Positions 14,046-26,215 of a DNA stretch of 64,000 bases are shown in pieces. The position numbers were made by a program, and so were the translations under genes. Origin of the DNA: Octopus vulgaris. Its lineage: Eukaryota. The notes under the pieces were generated by a model. It did no database searches, was not told where the DNA came from, and saw only the letters and a program-made list of their open reading frames with translations. Location: contig OX597840.1 of NCBI GenBank assembly GCA_951406725.2, forward strand, positions 31,682,001 through 31,746,000, given 5' to 3'. Numbering within the stretch: position 1 is the first letter of the stretch; the number at the start of each line of letters is the position of its first letter.

Positions 14046-14734
14046 CCTAAATTGAATCGAGGTCTGCAGCGATGTGGGACCATGTGTTGATCTCGACTAC
14101 TAGCAGATCTTAACTTTTCAAATCTCTGCGCAGACGCAAAACTTACACGGCAGTATAGGGCATGCCGGGAAGAATTTTACGAATAAATCCATCAGGTAAT
14201 ATGCGAATATAAACAAGAAGGGTAGTAATATTATTTACTACCAGGTGCCCAGCACAAAAGACGAATTAGTCATAAGACAAAAATATTATTCATATAGAAA
14301 AATATTATTCATGTAGTTATACAATTAAGGGCTCCTAAATTAGGATGCCGAGTGCTGTTTTAAAGTTATCGGTAAACGTTTTTGATTTTCACTCTCGATA
14401 AATTCATCCCCTTTTTGTGTTCCCAGCATTCGGCATCCTAATTTAGGAGCCCTTAATTGTATAACTACATGAATAATATTTTTCTATATGAATAATATTT
14501 TTGTCTTATGACTAATTCGTCTTTTGTGCTGGGCACCTGTAGTAAATAATATTATTACCCTTCTTGTTTATATTCGCATATTACCTGATTGATTTATTCG
14601 TAAAATTCTTCCCGGCATGCCCTATACTGCCGTGTAAGTTTTGCGTCTGCGCAGAGATTTGAAAAGTTAAGATCTGCTAGTAGTCGAGATCAATACATGG
14701 TCCCACATCGCTGCAGACCTCGATTCAATTTAGG

Positions 14735-14814
14735 CGACTCGCTGACGAAGCCAGCCTTAGCAAACATATTCTGTGTTTTGCTAGAAAGAAGCAGAAACCG
14801 ATCGGTTCGAGTTG
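14735..14814 (+). ncRNA. Type I hammerhead ribozyme H3
   Basis: CGACUCG-CUGACGA-AGC..UAGCAAAC..GUUUUGCUA..GCA-GAAA-CCGAUCGG-UU-CGAGUUG, with palindromic stem III. Confidence 0.78.
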
Positions 14815-15033
14815 TTAAAGTTATCGGTAAACGTTTTTGATTTTCACTCTCGATAAATTCATCCCCCTTTTGTGTTCCCAGCACTCGGCATCCTAATTTA
14901 GGAGCCCTTAATTGTATAACTACATGAATAATATTTTTCTATATGAATAATATTTTTGTCTTATGACTAATTCGTCTTTTGTGCTGGGCACCTGGTAGTA
15001 AATAATATTACTACCCTTCTTGTTTATATTCGC

Positions 15034-15073
<40 letters not shown>

Positions 15074-15287
15074 ATGTATATATATATGTATATATATATG
15101 TACATATATATATATATATAATAGTTATCGCCATACTAATATGGCATTCTTATAAAAATAAGAAAAAAGGCTGTCCGCTTATTAGCTCCATGAGGCCATC
15201 GCCTTAAGTTAGCTATTTGATACACAAACTGTATCCATATAACCTTCGAACAAGGGAGGTCAGTCGCTCCACACTACTTGACCGGCA

Positions 15288-15329
15288 GCTACAGACGCGT
15301 TTCGGGGTATTGCCCCTTTTCAATGCAGC
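15288..15329 (-). ncRNA. Type I hammerhead ribozyme H4 (U3:A8 core)
   Basis: GCUGCA-UUGAAAA-GGGG CAAUA CCCC-GAAA-CGCG-UC-UGUAGC. Confidence 0.85.
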
Positions 15330-15649
15330 GTAGCCAGCCAGTAGGTGTCGCTTCCGACAATCTCTGTTCGATGGTTTTATTTACCTAGTTTCGGTGGAAT
15401 ACATCCACTTGTTTTCAATAATAGAAATATTAAAATAACTAAGTCTCTTTAAAAAAGAACAGCGGCAGCGTTCCCGGAAAATAATAGTTATCGCCATACT
15501 AATATGGCATTCTTATAAAAATACGAAAAAAGCTGTCCGCTTATTAGCTCCATGAGGCCATCGCCTTAAGTTAGCCATTTGATACACAAACTGTATCCAT
15601 ATAACCTTCGAACAAGGGAGGTCAGTCGCTCCACACTACTTGACCGGCA

Positions 15650-15691
15650 GCTACAGACGCGTTTCGGGGTAATGCCCCTTTTCAATGCAGC
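15650..15691 (-). ncRNA. Type I hammerhead ribozyme H4 (second tandem copy)
   Basis: Same motif 362 bp away. The only change is in loop II (CAUUA). Confidence 0.85.
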
Positions 15692-15943
15692 GTAGCCAGC
15701 CAGTAGGTGTCGCTTCCGACAATCTCTGTTCGATGGTTTTATTTACCTAGTTTCGGTGGAATACATCCACTTGTTTTCAATAATAGAAATATTAAAATAA
15801 CTAAGTCTCTTTAAAAGAGAACAGCGGCAGCGTTCCCGGAAAATAATAGTTATCGCCATACTAATATGGCATTCTTATAAAAATAAGAAAAAAGCTGTCC
15901 ATCGAACAGAGATTGTCGGAAGCGACACCTACTGGCTGGCTAC

Positions 15944-15985
15944 GCTGCATTGAAAAGGGGCAATACCCCGAAACGCGTCTGTAGC
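15944..15985 (+). ncRNA. Type I hammerhead ribozyme H4 (inverted copy)
   Basis: GCTGCA TTGAAAA GGGGCAATACCCC GAAA CGCG TC TGTAGC. Confidence 0.85.
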
Positions 15986-16249
15986 TGCCGGTCAAGTAGT
16001 GTGGAGCGACTGACCTCCCTTGTTCGAAGGTTATATGGATACAGTTTGTGTATCAAATAGCTAACTTAAGGCGATGGCCTCATGGAGCTAATAAGCGGAC
16101 AGCTTTTTTCTTATTTTTATAAGAATGCCATATTAGTATGGCGATAACTATTATTTTCCGGGAACGCTGCCGCTGTTCTCTTTTAAAGAGACTTAGTTAT
16201 TTTAATATTTCTATTAATATATATATATATATATATACATATATGTATT

Positions 16250-16319
<70 letters not shown>

Positions 16320-16436
16320 AGGTATAAGTTAGAGGTGTTTAAACCCCCTAAATAAACGTAATATACCAATGCGATGTACTCGCAAGTAACCATACGAAAT
16401 CTTATGCAGGAGCCACGAGAAACAAAATGATACTAA

Positions 16437-16715
16437 GATACAATTCCCACCAATCTACCTTTACAAATAGAACAAAGCACACTCTACATGCCTTAGTAGC
16501 TACATTTGGGAATTAGAGGACAAAAAATCAACTGTAGTTTAGAATGGCGTATCCTAGCAAAAACCTTCGTCCTATAGCATTAACAATAAGCGATGTGAAC
16601 TCTGTATATGTGAAAAACTACTAATTTTATTGGCCATATCACCTCTACGCAATAAGAGTAGAATAATACATTTTGTTTGCATAAAGACCGATTCGTATTC
16701 TCTAAGTTCCATTAA
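16437..16715 (+). pseudogene. Penelope-like element GIY-YIG endonuclease C-terminal remnant
   Basis: Manual translation with frameshifts gives RYNSHQSTF / STCLSSYIWELEDKKINCSLEWRILAK / SYSINNKRCELCICEKLLIL..RNK / CLHKDRF. Confidence 0.75.
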
Positions 16716-16913
16716 ATCCTATATACAACACTATTTGCTAGTTTAAATGTTATTAGTGGACCGACTTATCAGAGTATTACTTCCCTTTAACCTTCCTGAA
16801 CCTTAATTATCTTAATCATACAGTTCTATATTTAAAAGATGAGGAATTATGTACAGTATCAGATGCCGGCTAACCACAACAGTCCTTTTGTGATATCCGA
16901 TCTAACAATAAGC

Positions 16914-17125
16914 TACTCTTTTACTCTTTTACTTGTTTCAGTCATTTGACTGCGGCCATGCTGGAGCACCGCCTTTAGTCGAGCAAATCGACCCCGGGTC
17001 TTATTCTTTGTAAGCCCAGTACTTATTGTATCGGTCTCTTTTTGCCGAACAGCTAAGTGACGGGGACGTAAACACACCAGCATCGGTTGTCAAGCAATGC
17101 TAGGGGGACAAACACAGACACACAA

Positions 17126-17166
<41 letters not shown>

Positions 17167-17328
17167 CGACAGGCTTCTTTCAGTTTCCGTCTACCAAATC
17201 CACTCACAAGGCATTGATCGGCCCGGGGCTATAGCAGAAGACACTTGCCCAAGATGCCACGCAGTGGACTGAACCCGGAACCATGTGGTTGGTAAGCAAG
17301 CTACTTACCACGCAGGCACTCCTGCGCC
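16914..17328 (-). mobile_element. SINE-C full copy
   Basis: Matches the family consensus from head to tail. Confidence 0.92.
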
Positions 17329-17415
17329 TTTATGTTGCTAAGTTATGGTAACTTTTCTCGCTGGGTAAATCCGAGTGTCCTATTCAGGACTGCAGAATTT
17401 CCGTAGAGGAAGTAA

Positions 17416-17921
17416 TCTATATATATAAAACTCTAGTTGTGTGAGTGTCTGTCCCCTTCGATTTAGATTCCTAACTCCTCCCACATTTTGCGGTGCGGTT
17501 TAACCAAATTCGGGTATCTTATAGTTGTGATTCATATCGAGCCCGTCTGGGTATTAGCGCGCGTCAACGATGAGTCTACGATTTTAAAAATAATTTAACA
17601 TAATTTTTTATTCCATTTTAATGCATAAAATGGATCGTGTGTCGATGGCGGCGGAGTTGGCGTCCACGCTCACAGCTGCACCTGTTTGCTTCTCCCCCTT
17701 CCCTCCCTCGTGAAGCTGTGGGGAAGGGAGTGTAAAGAAATCAACGTCGTAATGCGTTGTGAAGGAAACCAGCGTTCTTTTAGAACAACGACTTCATGGC
17801 TTGAAGACACCAAAACAAAAATGGCTAAGAAAGCCCGAATTTATAAGGGAAGTAACTCTCTAAAAATGCTTATATAGTTATTTCCCTTACAAACCCGAGC
17901 AACGCCGGGCGATACTGCTAG
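17416..17921 (+). mobile_element. Non-autonomous Helitron
   Basis: A|TCTATATATATAAAA start, subterminal hairpin CCCGAGC-AAC-GCCGGG, CTAG|T end and no TSD. Confidence 0.85.
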
Positions 17922-18075
17922 TAGTATATAATTAATAATATCCCAGCCAATCCAATATATTTGTTACTATCTTTCAGCGACCAAATTATAATGTTTTTTG
18001 TCCTTATTTCTTAAAGTCATAAGGAGGACGGAGAGTTTTCATATCCATAATCTTATTTAAAAGTTATTTATAGTA

Positions 18076-18490
18076 TAGGCGCAGGAGTGGCTGTGTGGTA
18101 AGTAGCTTGCTAACCAACCACATGGTTCTGGGTTCAGTCCCACTGCGTGGCATCTTGGGCAAGTGTCTTCTGCTATAGCCCCGGGCCGACCAATGCCTTG
18201 TGAGTGGATTTGGTAGACGGAAACTGAAAGAAGCCTGTCATACATATGTATATATATATATATATATGCGTGTATGTGTGTGAGTTTGTTCCCCTAGCAT
18301 TGCTTGACAACCGATGCTGGTGTGTTTACGTCCCCGTAACTTAGCGGTTCGGCAATAGAGACCGATAGAATAAGTACTGGGCTTACAAAAGAATAAGTCC
18401 CGGGGTCGATTTGCTCGACTAAAGGCGGTGCTCCAGCATGGCCGCAGTCAAATGACTGAAACAAGTAAAAGAGTAAAAGAGTAAAGAGTA
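18076..18490 (+). mobile_element. SINE-C full copy
   Basis: Family consensus. Confidence 0.92.
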
Positions 18491-18899
18491 TCCTTTTCTG
18501 GATCTTCGCACATTTCACCTGCATCAACTGCACACTGTTGGATATGCAATCTGGTGTCAAGGTCGGTGCAGTTTCATCACAGGCCTTACTCTCTGCCGTT
18601 TCGAAGTGAAACTGAAGGAATCAAGCAAACTGAATAAAGTTTTTTTTAGAAGGTGTCATTGCTATGTTAATAGTTGTTGGAATTCCGATCTGGGGTTCAC
18701 TTCTACTATATGTGGTAGATGAAGCGAAACGTAGTCTAAAAATAAGTCAAGGCTGGATTGAACGTGAATGTAGACTTACCATTACTACTAGAAGCCTACC
18801 ATTCCACTCATTTTAAACAGAGTATCTTGGTTTAGAGCTAATCAATCAAGTTTAATCTATTTTTTGGTTCTTGTTATCACAATTGTTATTCTAATAATT

Positions 18900-19170
18900 T
18901 CTTATGTATACAGTGTCTTGTGTATATTAGATGAAATTTAGAAGTGAAAATTTGGTACATTTCCTCAACGCATTTTCACCCCCTATTCTATAAGTCTTAG
19001 CTTTACTAATGATATCCCAGCCAATCGAATATATTTTGTTACTATCTTTCAGCGGCCAAATTAATTTACTTAGACTAGTATAATTTTTTTATAATTGAAA
19101 GAATTTTCATGGTTAGCTATTCTCTTCTTAATAAAACGTGTCCTGGTATCTATATAGAAATACTCTTTGT
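18900..19170 (-). pseudogene. Second Penelope-like GIY-YIG remnant (related piece at ~17930-17990)
   Basis: Minus strand KEYFYID(G)T..IKKRIANHENSF..., then LSKLIWPLKDSNKIYSIGWDIISKAKTY. Confidence 0.65.
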
Positions 19171-19329
19171 CTGCATTCATTCGACAAAACTTCTTCAAGG
19201 CGGTGGTGGTCCAGTTTGGCCGCAGTTTAATGACCGAAACAACTAGAACAAAAATGAAAAGAATATAATCATTCAATTTATGTATACATTTTATTAAGAC
19301 AAGCTGTATTTATAAATATATGGATGTCT

Positions 19330-19795
19330 ATACATACATACATACATACATACATACATACATACATACATACATACATACATACATACATACATACATA
19401 CATACATACATACATGCATGCATACATACATGCATGCATACATACATACATACATACATACATACATACATACATACATGCATACATATATACATACATA
19501 CATACATACATGCATACATACATACATACATACATACATACATACATACATACATACATACATACATGCATGCATGCATACATACATACATTCATACATA
19601 CATACACACATACATACATATATACATGCATGCATACATACATGCATACATACATACATACATACATACATACATACATACATGCATACATACATACATG
19701 CATACATACAAACATACATGCATACATTCATACATACATACATACATACATACATGCATACATGCATACATACATACATACATACATACACACAT
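19330..19795. repeat. (TACA)n/(TGCA) microsatellite
   Basis: Directly visible. Confidence 0.95.
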
Positions 19796-20593
19796 AAGTA
19801 AATTTTAGAAGGTTTCTCTATGGAGTTCACTGGAACATAGTTTTAATTTTCGTCAATTTAATGATCATCAATAAAAACTCACAGAAACCTAATAAAATTT
19901 GGCTTCAATTAAAACTGTTTCATATTTTAGCATTCATGTTGAATCTAAGTATTTAATTAATTTATTTTCACTGTTTAATCACTTAGTAATAGTCGTTAGC
20001 TAACTAAAATACCTACAACGTCAGAAATGGGGTTTTCATGTTCTTGATATTGCATAAGGAGGTATTCAAACTTACATTAGCAGCAGGAGGAATCCCGACA
20101 TTATACTTAACACAGCAACTGATATGTATTAAGTGATGCTAGCGTTTGTGCTTAAATATCACATACACACACAGATGTGTATATATATATAAATATATGT
20201 ATGTACATATGGGTGTAAATAATACACATATATACATATATTTGATTCTGTATGAATGTATCTATGCATATGCGTATGCGTATAGCTTGCTTGCTAAAAG
20301 TATTTTATGAAATTGCTGTTATTTACATATATGTTATATATGCAAAATATGTACGCACATGTGCGTATACACCCACGCATACACCTACATTTATGCATTG
20401 TTTCTGTGTGTGTGTGTGAGTGCGCATATGCGTACAGAAATATATCTCTTAATATATACGAATATATTTGTGTATACATCTTTATTTATAAGTACATTTA
20501 TTTGTATGCTAGAAATTATAGATACATATTTATGTGTATACATACATATATATACATTTATATATACATGCATATATATATACATGTATATGC

Positions 20594-20626
<33 letters not shown>

Positions 20627-20649
20627 TATACATACATAAACAGATTTAA

Positions 20650-20717
<68 letters not shown>

Positions 20718-20781
20718 ATATATATATATTACTTACGAAAATATTCATATATGTAAGTATAAATATATATACATACATATG

Positions 20782-20824
<43 letters not shown>

Positions 20825-21286
20825 TGTGTGTGTATGTGTGTGTGTGTGTGTGCAATATGGGTGGATAATTCTCAGTTTTACAACCTAAAGGCAGAAATAT
20901 ATACGTCACTAAAGTGAACGAAGGGCACTAATCAGCACCAGTACTGCTAGAAATAAGAGTCAAAACAACTCAATAGCCACAAAACACTATCTTCCTACGG
21001 GTTTGACTCTTATTTCTAACTCATATATCACCAATAGGCCCAGCTCGGTGAGCCAACTTGCTTAGAGCGGAAGAAGTTGTAGTTATACAAGTCAGAAGAG
21101 TTGACAATATAGCGCAGGTGTGGCTGTGTGGTTAGAAGCTTGGTTACCAACCACATGGTTCTGGGTTCAGTCCCACTGCGTGGCACCTTGGCCAAGTGAC
21201 TTCTACTATAGCTTAGGGCCGACTAAAGCAGAGTTCAAAATGCCAAAACGTATAGATATATTCAAACTGCAAATCGAAAAATGCGA

Positions 21287-21485
21287 TAGGCGCAGGAGTG
21301 GCTGTGTGGTAAGTAGCTTGCTAACCAACCACATGGTTGCAGGTTCAGTCCCACTGCGTGGCATCTTGGGCAAGTGTCTTCTACTATAGCCCCGGGCCGA
21401 CCGATGCCTTGTGAGTGGATTTGGTAGACGGAAACTGAAAGAAGTTTATATGTATATATGTATATATATATATATATTATATGTA

Positions 21486-21559
<74 letters not shown>

Positions 21560-21775
21560 TGTGTCTGTGTTTGTTCCCCTAGCATTGCTTAACAACTGAT
21601 GCTGGTGTGTTTACGTCCACGTAAACTAGCGGTTCGGCAAAAGAGACCGATAGAATAAGTACTGGGCTTACAAAGAATAAGTCCCGGGGTCGATTTGCTC
21701 GACTAAAGGCGGTGCTCCAGCATGGCCGCAGTCAAATGACGGAAACAAGTAAAAGAGTAAAAGAGAGTAAAGAGT
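21287..21775 (+). mobile_element. SINE-C full copy (older head fragment at 21112-21228)
   Basis: Family consensus. Confidence 0.9.
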
Positions 21776-22578
21776 ATATGTACTGCATAACGTACTTGAT
21801 AATATTTTCGTTAAAGAAAGTTGGGATCAGTCCAAACATAGAGGGGTGAAATAGTCGGTCTTAAGAGGGCAAAATACTGACACTGTTTCGATAATAATGA
21901 TGCTACAATCACCAGGTGCATTGAACAAGAGAACGATGCCTTGTCGCAACGGGACAAGTGTGGGCCAGTTTTGAGGACTTCAAAGAGGCAAAGTGAAACT
22001 GCAATGTGAAACTTGAAACATGAAGAGTGGCTTAATCTCCTCGAATCAGTAGGAAAAGTTTTATCCAAGATTTTTCTGAATAATCTAACAAACAGATTTG
22101 TTCTGGGGCCATCCCTGAGACCTAGAGCTACGTGGGATGCCATGGACATGATTTTCTAAGCTCGCCAACCAATGGAGGACCGTGTTCAGCAACAAGAGCC
22201 ACTGTTTCAAGATTTGGGGGCAAAATACTTGAGGGCAAAACTTCAATGCGTCACATTCAGAGCCAATTTTTATAGAAAGGCTCAGATAAAGTGACTTAAC
22301 ATCACCCAATCTATTTTCCATATATTTTGCCCTGCTACTTGCGTACGCCTTCTAATACTTTGAATTCGATGTGTACATGGGACCTAGAGCCTCTACCAAG
22401 TCTTTGATCCATGACGTTTTAACTACAAGTCGGAAATATCTGGTATTCTTGGCTTATGCTGCTGAGGAAACGTATTCGATGTATCCGGTGAACGACATGC
22501 GTATGATATTTAGCATCTCCCCCAATGCATGCGCAGAATTTGGGCTAAATATTGGTTTCAAATTTCGGCAGAAGACCA

Positions 22579-22649
22579 GCGTCCAATAATACTATATTTG
22601 TTCCACGTCCTCGCGTTGCTGTGTTTTTTTTGTGCTTTCTTGTTTGGAT

Positions 22650-22686
<37 letters not shown>

Positions 22687-23026
22687 CAACTGGAACCCAC
22701 TTTATTGTAACCGATGTAGTGCCAGTTTTAGTTACAATATGCATGTATATCAATTTGTGCGTATGCGAAACCTTTGGAAGTGACTTCGAAGCTTCTTTAT
22801 AAAAAATATGTAATCTACCAAGATATACTTCATTACTCTCAGCTTTAAATTAAATTGTTTTTATATATAAATAGACGGACATTTGCATACATACATAAAC
22901 ACACGTATATGAATATATATATAGATATACATGTGTGTGTATGTATGTGTATGTGTTTGTCCTCGTGTGTGTGTGTGTGTGTGTGGTAAATATCCAAGCG
23001 AGGTGTATAAGATTCAATAAATGCAC
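22579..23026 (-). repeat. Inverted dispersed copy of the 13000-13706 region
   Basis: Reverse complement of ~13320-13706, plus ~12293-12332/13003-13042. Confidence 0.85.
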
Positions 23027-23237
23027 AAAAAGACAGACGTCATGTACAGCGTATGTAGAGCTTGACATTTTTGTGGGAGGAAACAGACGTAAAATGATGG
23101 AAAGCACTTTGTGTATCTTGGAAGAACACTTAGTAGAGATTGTATACTTGATTTTCAAATGAATCACAGAATTGGGGAAAATTAAGAAGCGAGTCTGGCT
23201 AAATCAGGGTATCACGAAAATATGTAATTCGCGGTGT

Positions 23238-23656
23238 ACTCTTTACTCTTTATTCTTTTAATTGTTTCAGTCATTTGACTGCGGCCATGCTGGAGCACCG
23301 CCTTTAGTCGAGCAAATCGACCCCGGGACTTATTCTTTGTAAGCCCAGTACTTATTCTATCGGTCTCTATTGCCGATCCGCTAAGTTACGGGGACGTAAA
23401 CACACCAGCATCGGTTGTCAACCAACGCTAGGGGGATAAACACAGACACACAAACACATACACACACACTTATATATATATACATATATACGACAGGCTT
23501 CTTTCAGTTTCCGTCTACCAAATCTACTCACAAGGCATTGGTCGGCCCGGGGCTATAGCAGAAGACACTTACTCAAGATGCCACGCAGTGGGACTGAACC
23601 CGGAACCATGTGGTTGGTTAGCAAGCTACTTACCGCACAGCCACTCCTGCGCCTAT
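23238..23656 (-). mobile_element. SINE-C full copy
   Basis: Family consensus. Confidence 0.92.
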
Positions 23657-23997
23657 GTTTTTACGAGGCATATGTTTTTACAATGTTGCTATAAGAGGTG
23701 TGAAACGTGGACAACTTTCAAGCATCATGACAAGTAGCTGGAAAGGTCCCATCAAGTATTGTATCCAGCACGTCCTGAACATAAAGTAGTTCTCCTACAT
23801 CCCTGGTTTTACTGTGATTGATAAAAGCTGACAGCATCAGTTTTGAGAAAAGAATAATTTTGAAACAGAATCATTGGGATAGTGATGTGGTCAGGATGAA
23901 AGTCGGAAGACTACCTAAGCAAATATTCTTTGGAGAAGCCGACCAAAGTGAAAAAAGCTTCAACATGAACATGGGAAATGATATAAGGGTATCAAAA

Positions 23998-24880
23998 AGG
24001 CGGCGAGCTGGCAGAACCGTTAGCACGCCGGGCGAAATGCCTAGCCGTATTTCGTCTGCCGTTACGTTCTGAGTTCAAATTCTGCCGTTCGTCTGTCCTT
24101 GTTTGTCCCCTCTGTGTTTAGCCCCTTGTGAGTCGTAATGAAATAGGTATTTCGTCTGCCGTTACGTTCTGAGTTCAAATTCTGCCGAGGTCGACTTTGC
24201 CTTTCATCCTTTCGGGGTCGATAAATTAAGTACCAGTTGCATACTGGGGTCGATGTAATCGACTTAATCCGTTCGTCTGTCCTTGTTTGTCCCCTCTGTG
24301 TTTAGCCCCTTGTGGGTCGTAATGAAATAGGTATTTCGTCTGCCGTTACGTTCTGAGTTCAAATTCTGCCGAGGTCGACTTTGCCTTTCATCCTTTCGGG
24401 GTCGATAAATTAAGTACCAGTTGCATACTGGGGTCGATGTAATCGACTTAATCCGTTCGTCTGTCCTTGTTTGTCCCCACTGTGTTTAGCCCCTTGTGGG
24501 TCGTAATGAAATAGGTATTTCGTCTGCCATTACGTTCTGAGTTCAAATTCTGCCGAGGTCGACTTTGCCTTTCATCCTTTCGGGGTCGATAAATTAAGTA
24601 CCAGTTGCATACTGGGGTCGATGTAATCGACTTAATCCGTTCGTCTGTCCTTGTTTGTCCCCTCTGTCTTTTAGCCCCTTGTGGGTCGTAATGAAATAGG
24701 TATTTCGTCTGCCGTTACGTTCTGAGTTCAAATTCTGCCGAGGTCGACTTTGCCTTTCATCCTTTCGGGGTCGATAAATTAAGTACCAGTTGCATACTGG
24801 GGTCGATGTAATCGACTTAATCCGTTTGTCTGTCCTTGTTTGTCCTCTCTGTGTTTAGCCCCTTGTGGGTAGTAAAGAAA
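23998..24880 (+). mobile_element. SINE-M multimer: one head plus ~4.5 tandem 184-bp bodies, within one TSD
   Basis: Units at 24147, 24331, 24515 and 24700. TSD GATATAAGGGTATCA at 23980 and 24883. Confidence 0.9.
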
Positions 24881-26079
24881 CAGATATAAGGGTATCATAA
24901 ATGGCAACTGTAAAGCTTGGGATGTTGGTATGGACATCTGGGAGACATTTACTGAAAGCTCTACCCCATGGTGGGAGTCTTTCAAGTACAGATGTGGCGT
25001 CTTTGAGCAAAAGCAAATGGAGCATGTTAAGTGTTCACTCCATAAGCAGGACTCTAGTGCAGTACCTACAGACACTCAGCAGGATTTTAAGTGGAATGCG
25101 TGTGGGCGATTTCTTCTCTCAAGAGCTTGCTTTGTCAGCCGTCAAAAGTCACACGAGCAAGGAAGAAATCGAGCTGTTTGGGAGGCGGTTCCGCCGCCAT
25201 GCGCACAGTTGTACATATGTACTTAAAAGAGAAATGAGAGCCATATCTGAGAACGTCCCAGCAGAACGAAAGCTGAACTGAAAAGCTACATGCGTGCATA
25301 TGATTGCGAAATGTTCATTGAATTTGCAATCAGCATATGCATATTAATATATATATATATATATATGTACATACACACTCACACATTAGCAGAATGCTGT
25401 GGTAACAGCTATCTGAAGGGCAAGGCTGATGTGAACAATTTCGTAAACCCTATGAGGACTCTCTAAGGCGGAACCCCGGACCTCACCCGCCCACTGACGC
25501 CCGAAAACAAAACAATCAAAAACAAAATATACAAATTATACCTTCGGGCATCCTTGGCCCACTAAACAGAAACCTGACAATTGCTTTTAACACAACCTTG
25601 AGGACTTTCGTTATCAGTAGCAGCCAACAACAGCTTCCAAGCCATACTAGTAGAGAACTATTGCAGTGTAATCACTCTCCCCGAGTTTCATTTCACATGC
25701 GACGGCTCAACACTTTCTAAGCATTATAGAATAATAATCCCGCTGTGTTGCAACATAATTAATTAGCTAATGGTTGTCAAACAACAACTAATAAGCATAT
25801 TATATCACCCTCTGCAAATTAACAAAATGCATTACTGTATAGCATACATGCTGTTTCCCAGTTGGTGCCTCGGCAGGGAGTTAGCTGTGACGAGATTTTG
25901 AGGATTTAAGAACTACGAAAGCTGTTTGTCGTTTTAATATTCAACCCTCGTTAGTCATAAGGGCTGACAAATCGGGTAAGGTAGCTCATGTTTCATTCGC
26001 CATCGAAACTGTATACGTTTTTAATTCCAAAAATACTTTGGTATCACAATATTTGTATACGCACGGTGGTACACACATT

Positions 26080-26215
26080 TACGAGGATGTGGTGAAAAGT
26101 TCCTAGCTTTAAGGGTAGCACGAAAGGCTTGATAGAGGCCAAACTTTCCGAGATCTTTTACAGGGCTTAGAAAAACTGAAGGACCATTGCAATAAAGGTG
26201 TGAATCTGAAGGGTA
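26080..26215 (+). mobile_element. Mariner-derived MITE fragment
   Basis: TACGAGGATGTGGTGAAAAGTTCC mariner-type TIR, homologous to 28874 and 45752. Confidence 0.7.

Larger units (their letters stand above)
13871..15033. mobile_element. 455-bp unit array (1.07 units, then ~1.5 units inverted) in (TA)n, hammerhead family H3
   Basis: TAAGGGCTC occurs at 13871 and 14326. Segment 14360-15033 is the reverse complement with wrap-around of the unit. Confidence 0.88.
15120..16215. mobile_element. 362-bp tandem array (2.15 units) plus inverted 0.9 unit in (TA)n, hammerhead family H4 (retrozyme-like)
   Basis: AATAGTTATCGCCATAC occurs near 15120, 15483 and 15845. Segment 15899-16215 is the reverse complement. 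Confidence 0.9.
21815..25170 (+). pseudogene. Old degraded RTE-clade LINE (RT to C-terminal Zn finger) split by nested insertions
   Basis: Collinear remnants SPNLFSIYFA, ACAEFGLNI, HFVYLGRTLSRD, CETWT, VVRM..RLPKQIFFGE and NACGRFLLSRACFVSRQKSH. Confidence 0.7.

Noticed and set aside
13896-14090. 64-aa ORF duplicated on both strands (also 14690-14884)
   Set aside because: By-product of the inverted repeat. It is antisense to the hammerhead and has no recognisable domain.
18684-18745. Hammerhead at GAAA-CGTAG-TC with upstream hairpin
   Set aside because: No CUGANGA-like 5' core or stem I could be found.
20948-21018. 17-bp inverted repeat as a terminator or MITE
   Set aside because: No TSD or further structure, so it is insufficient to classify.
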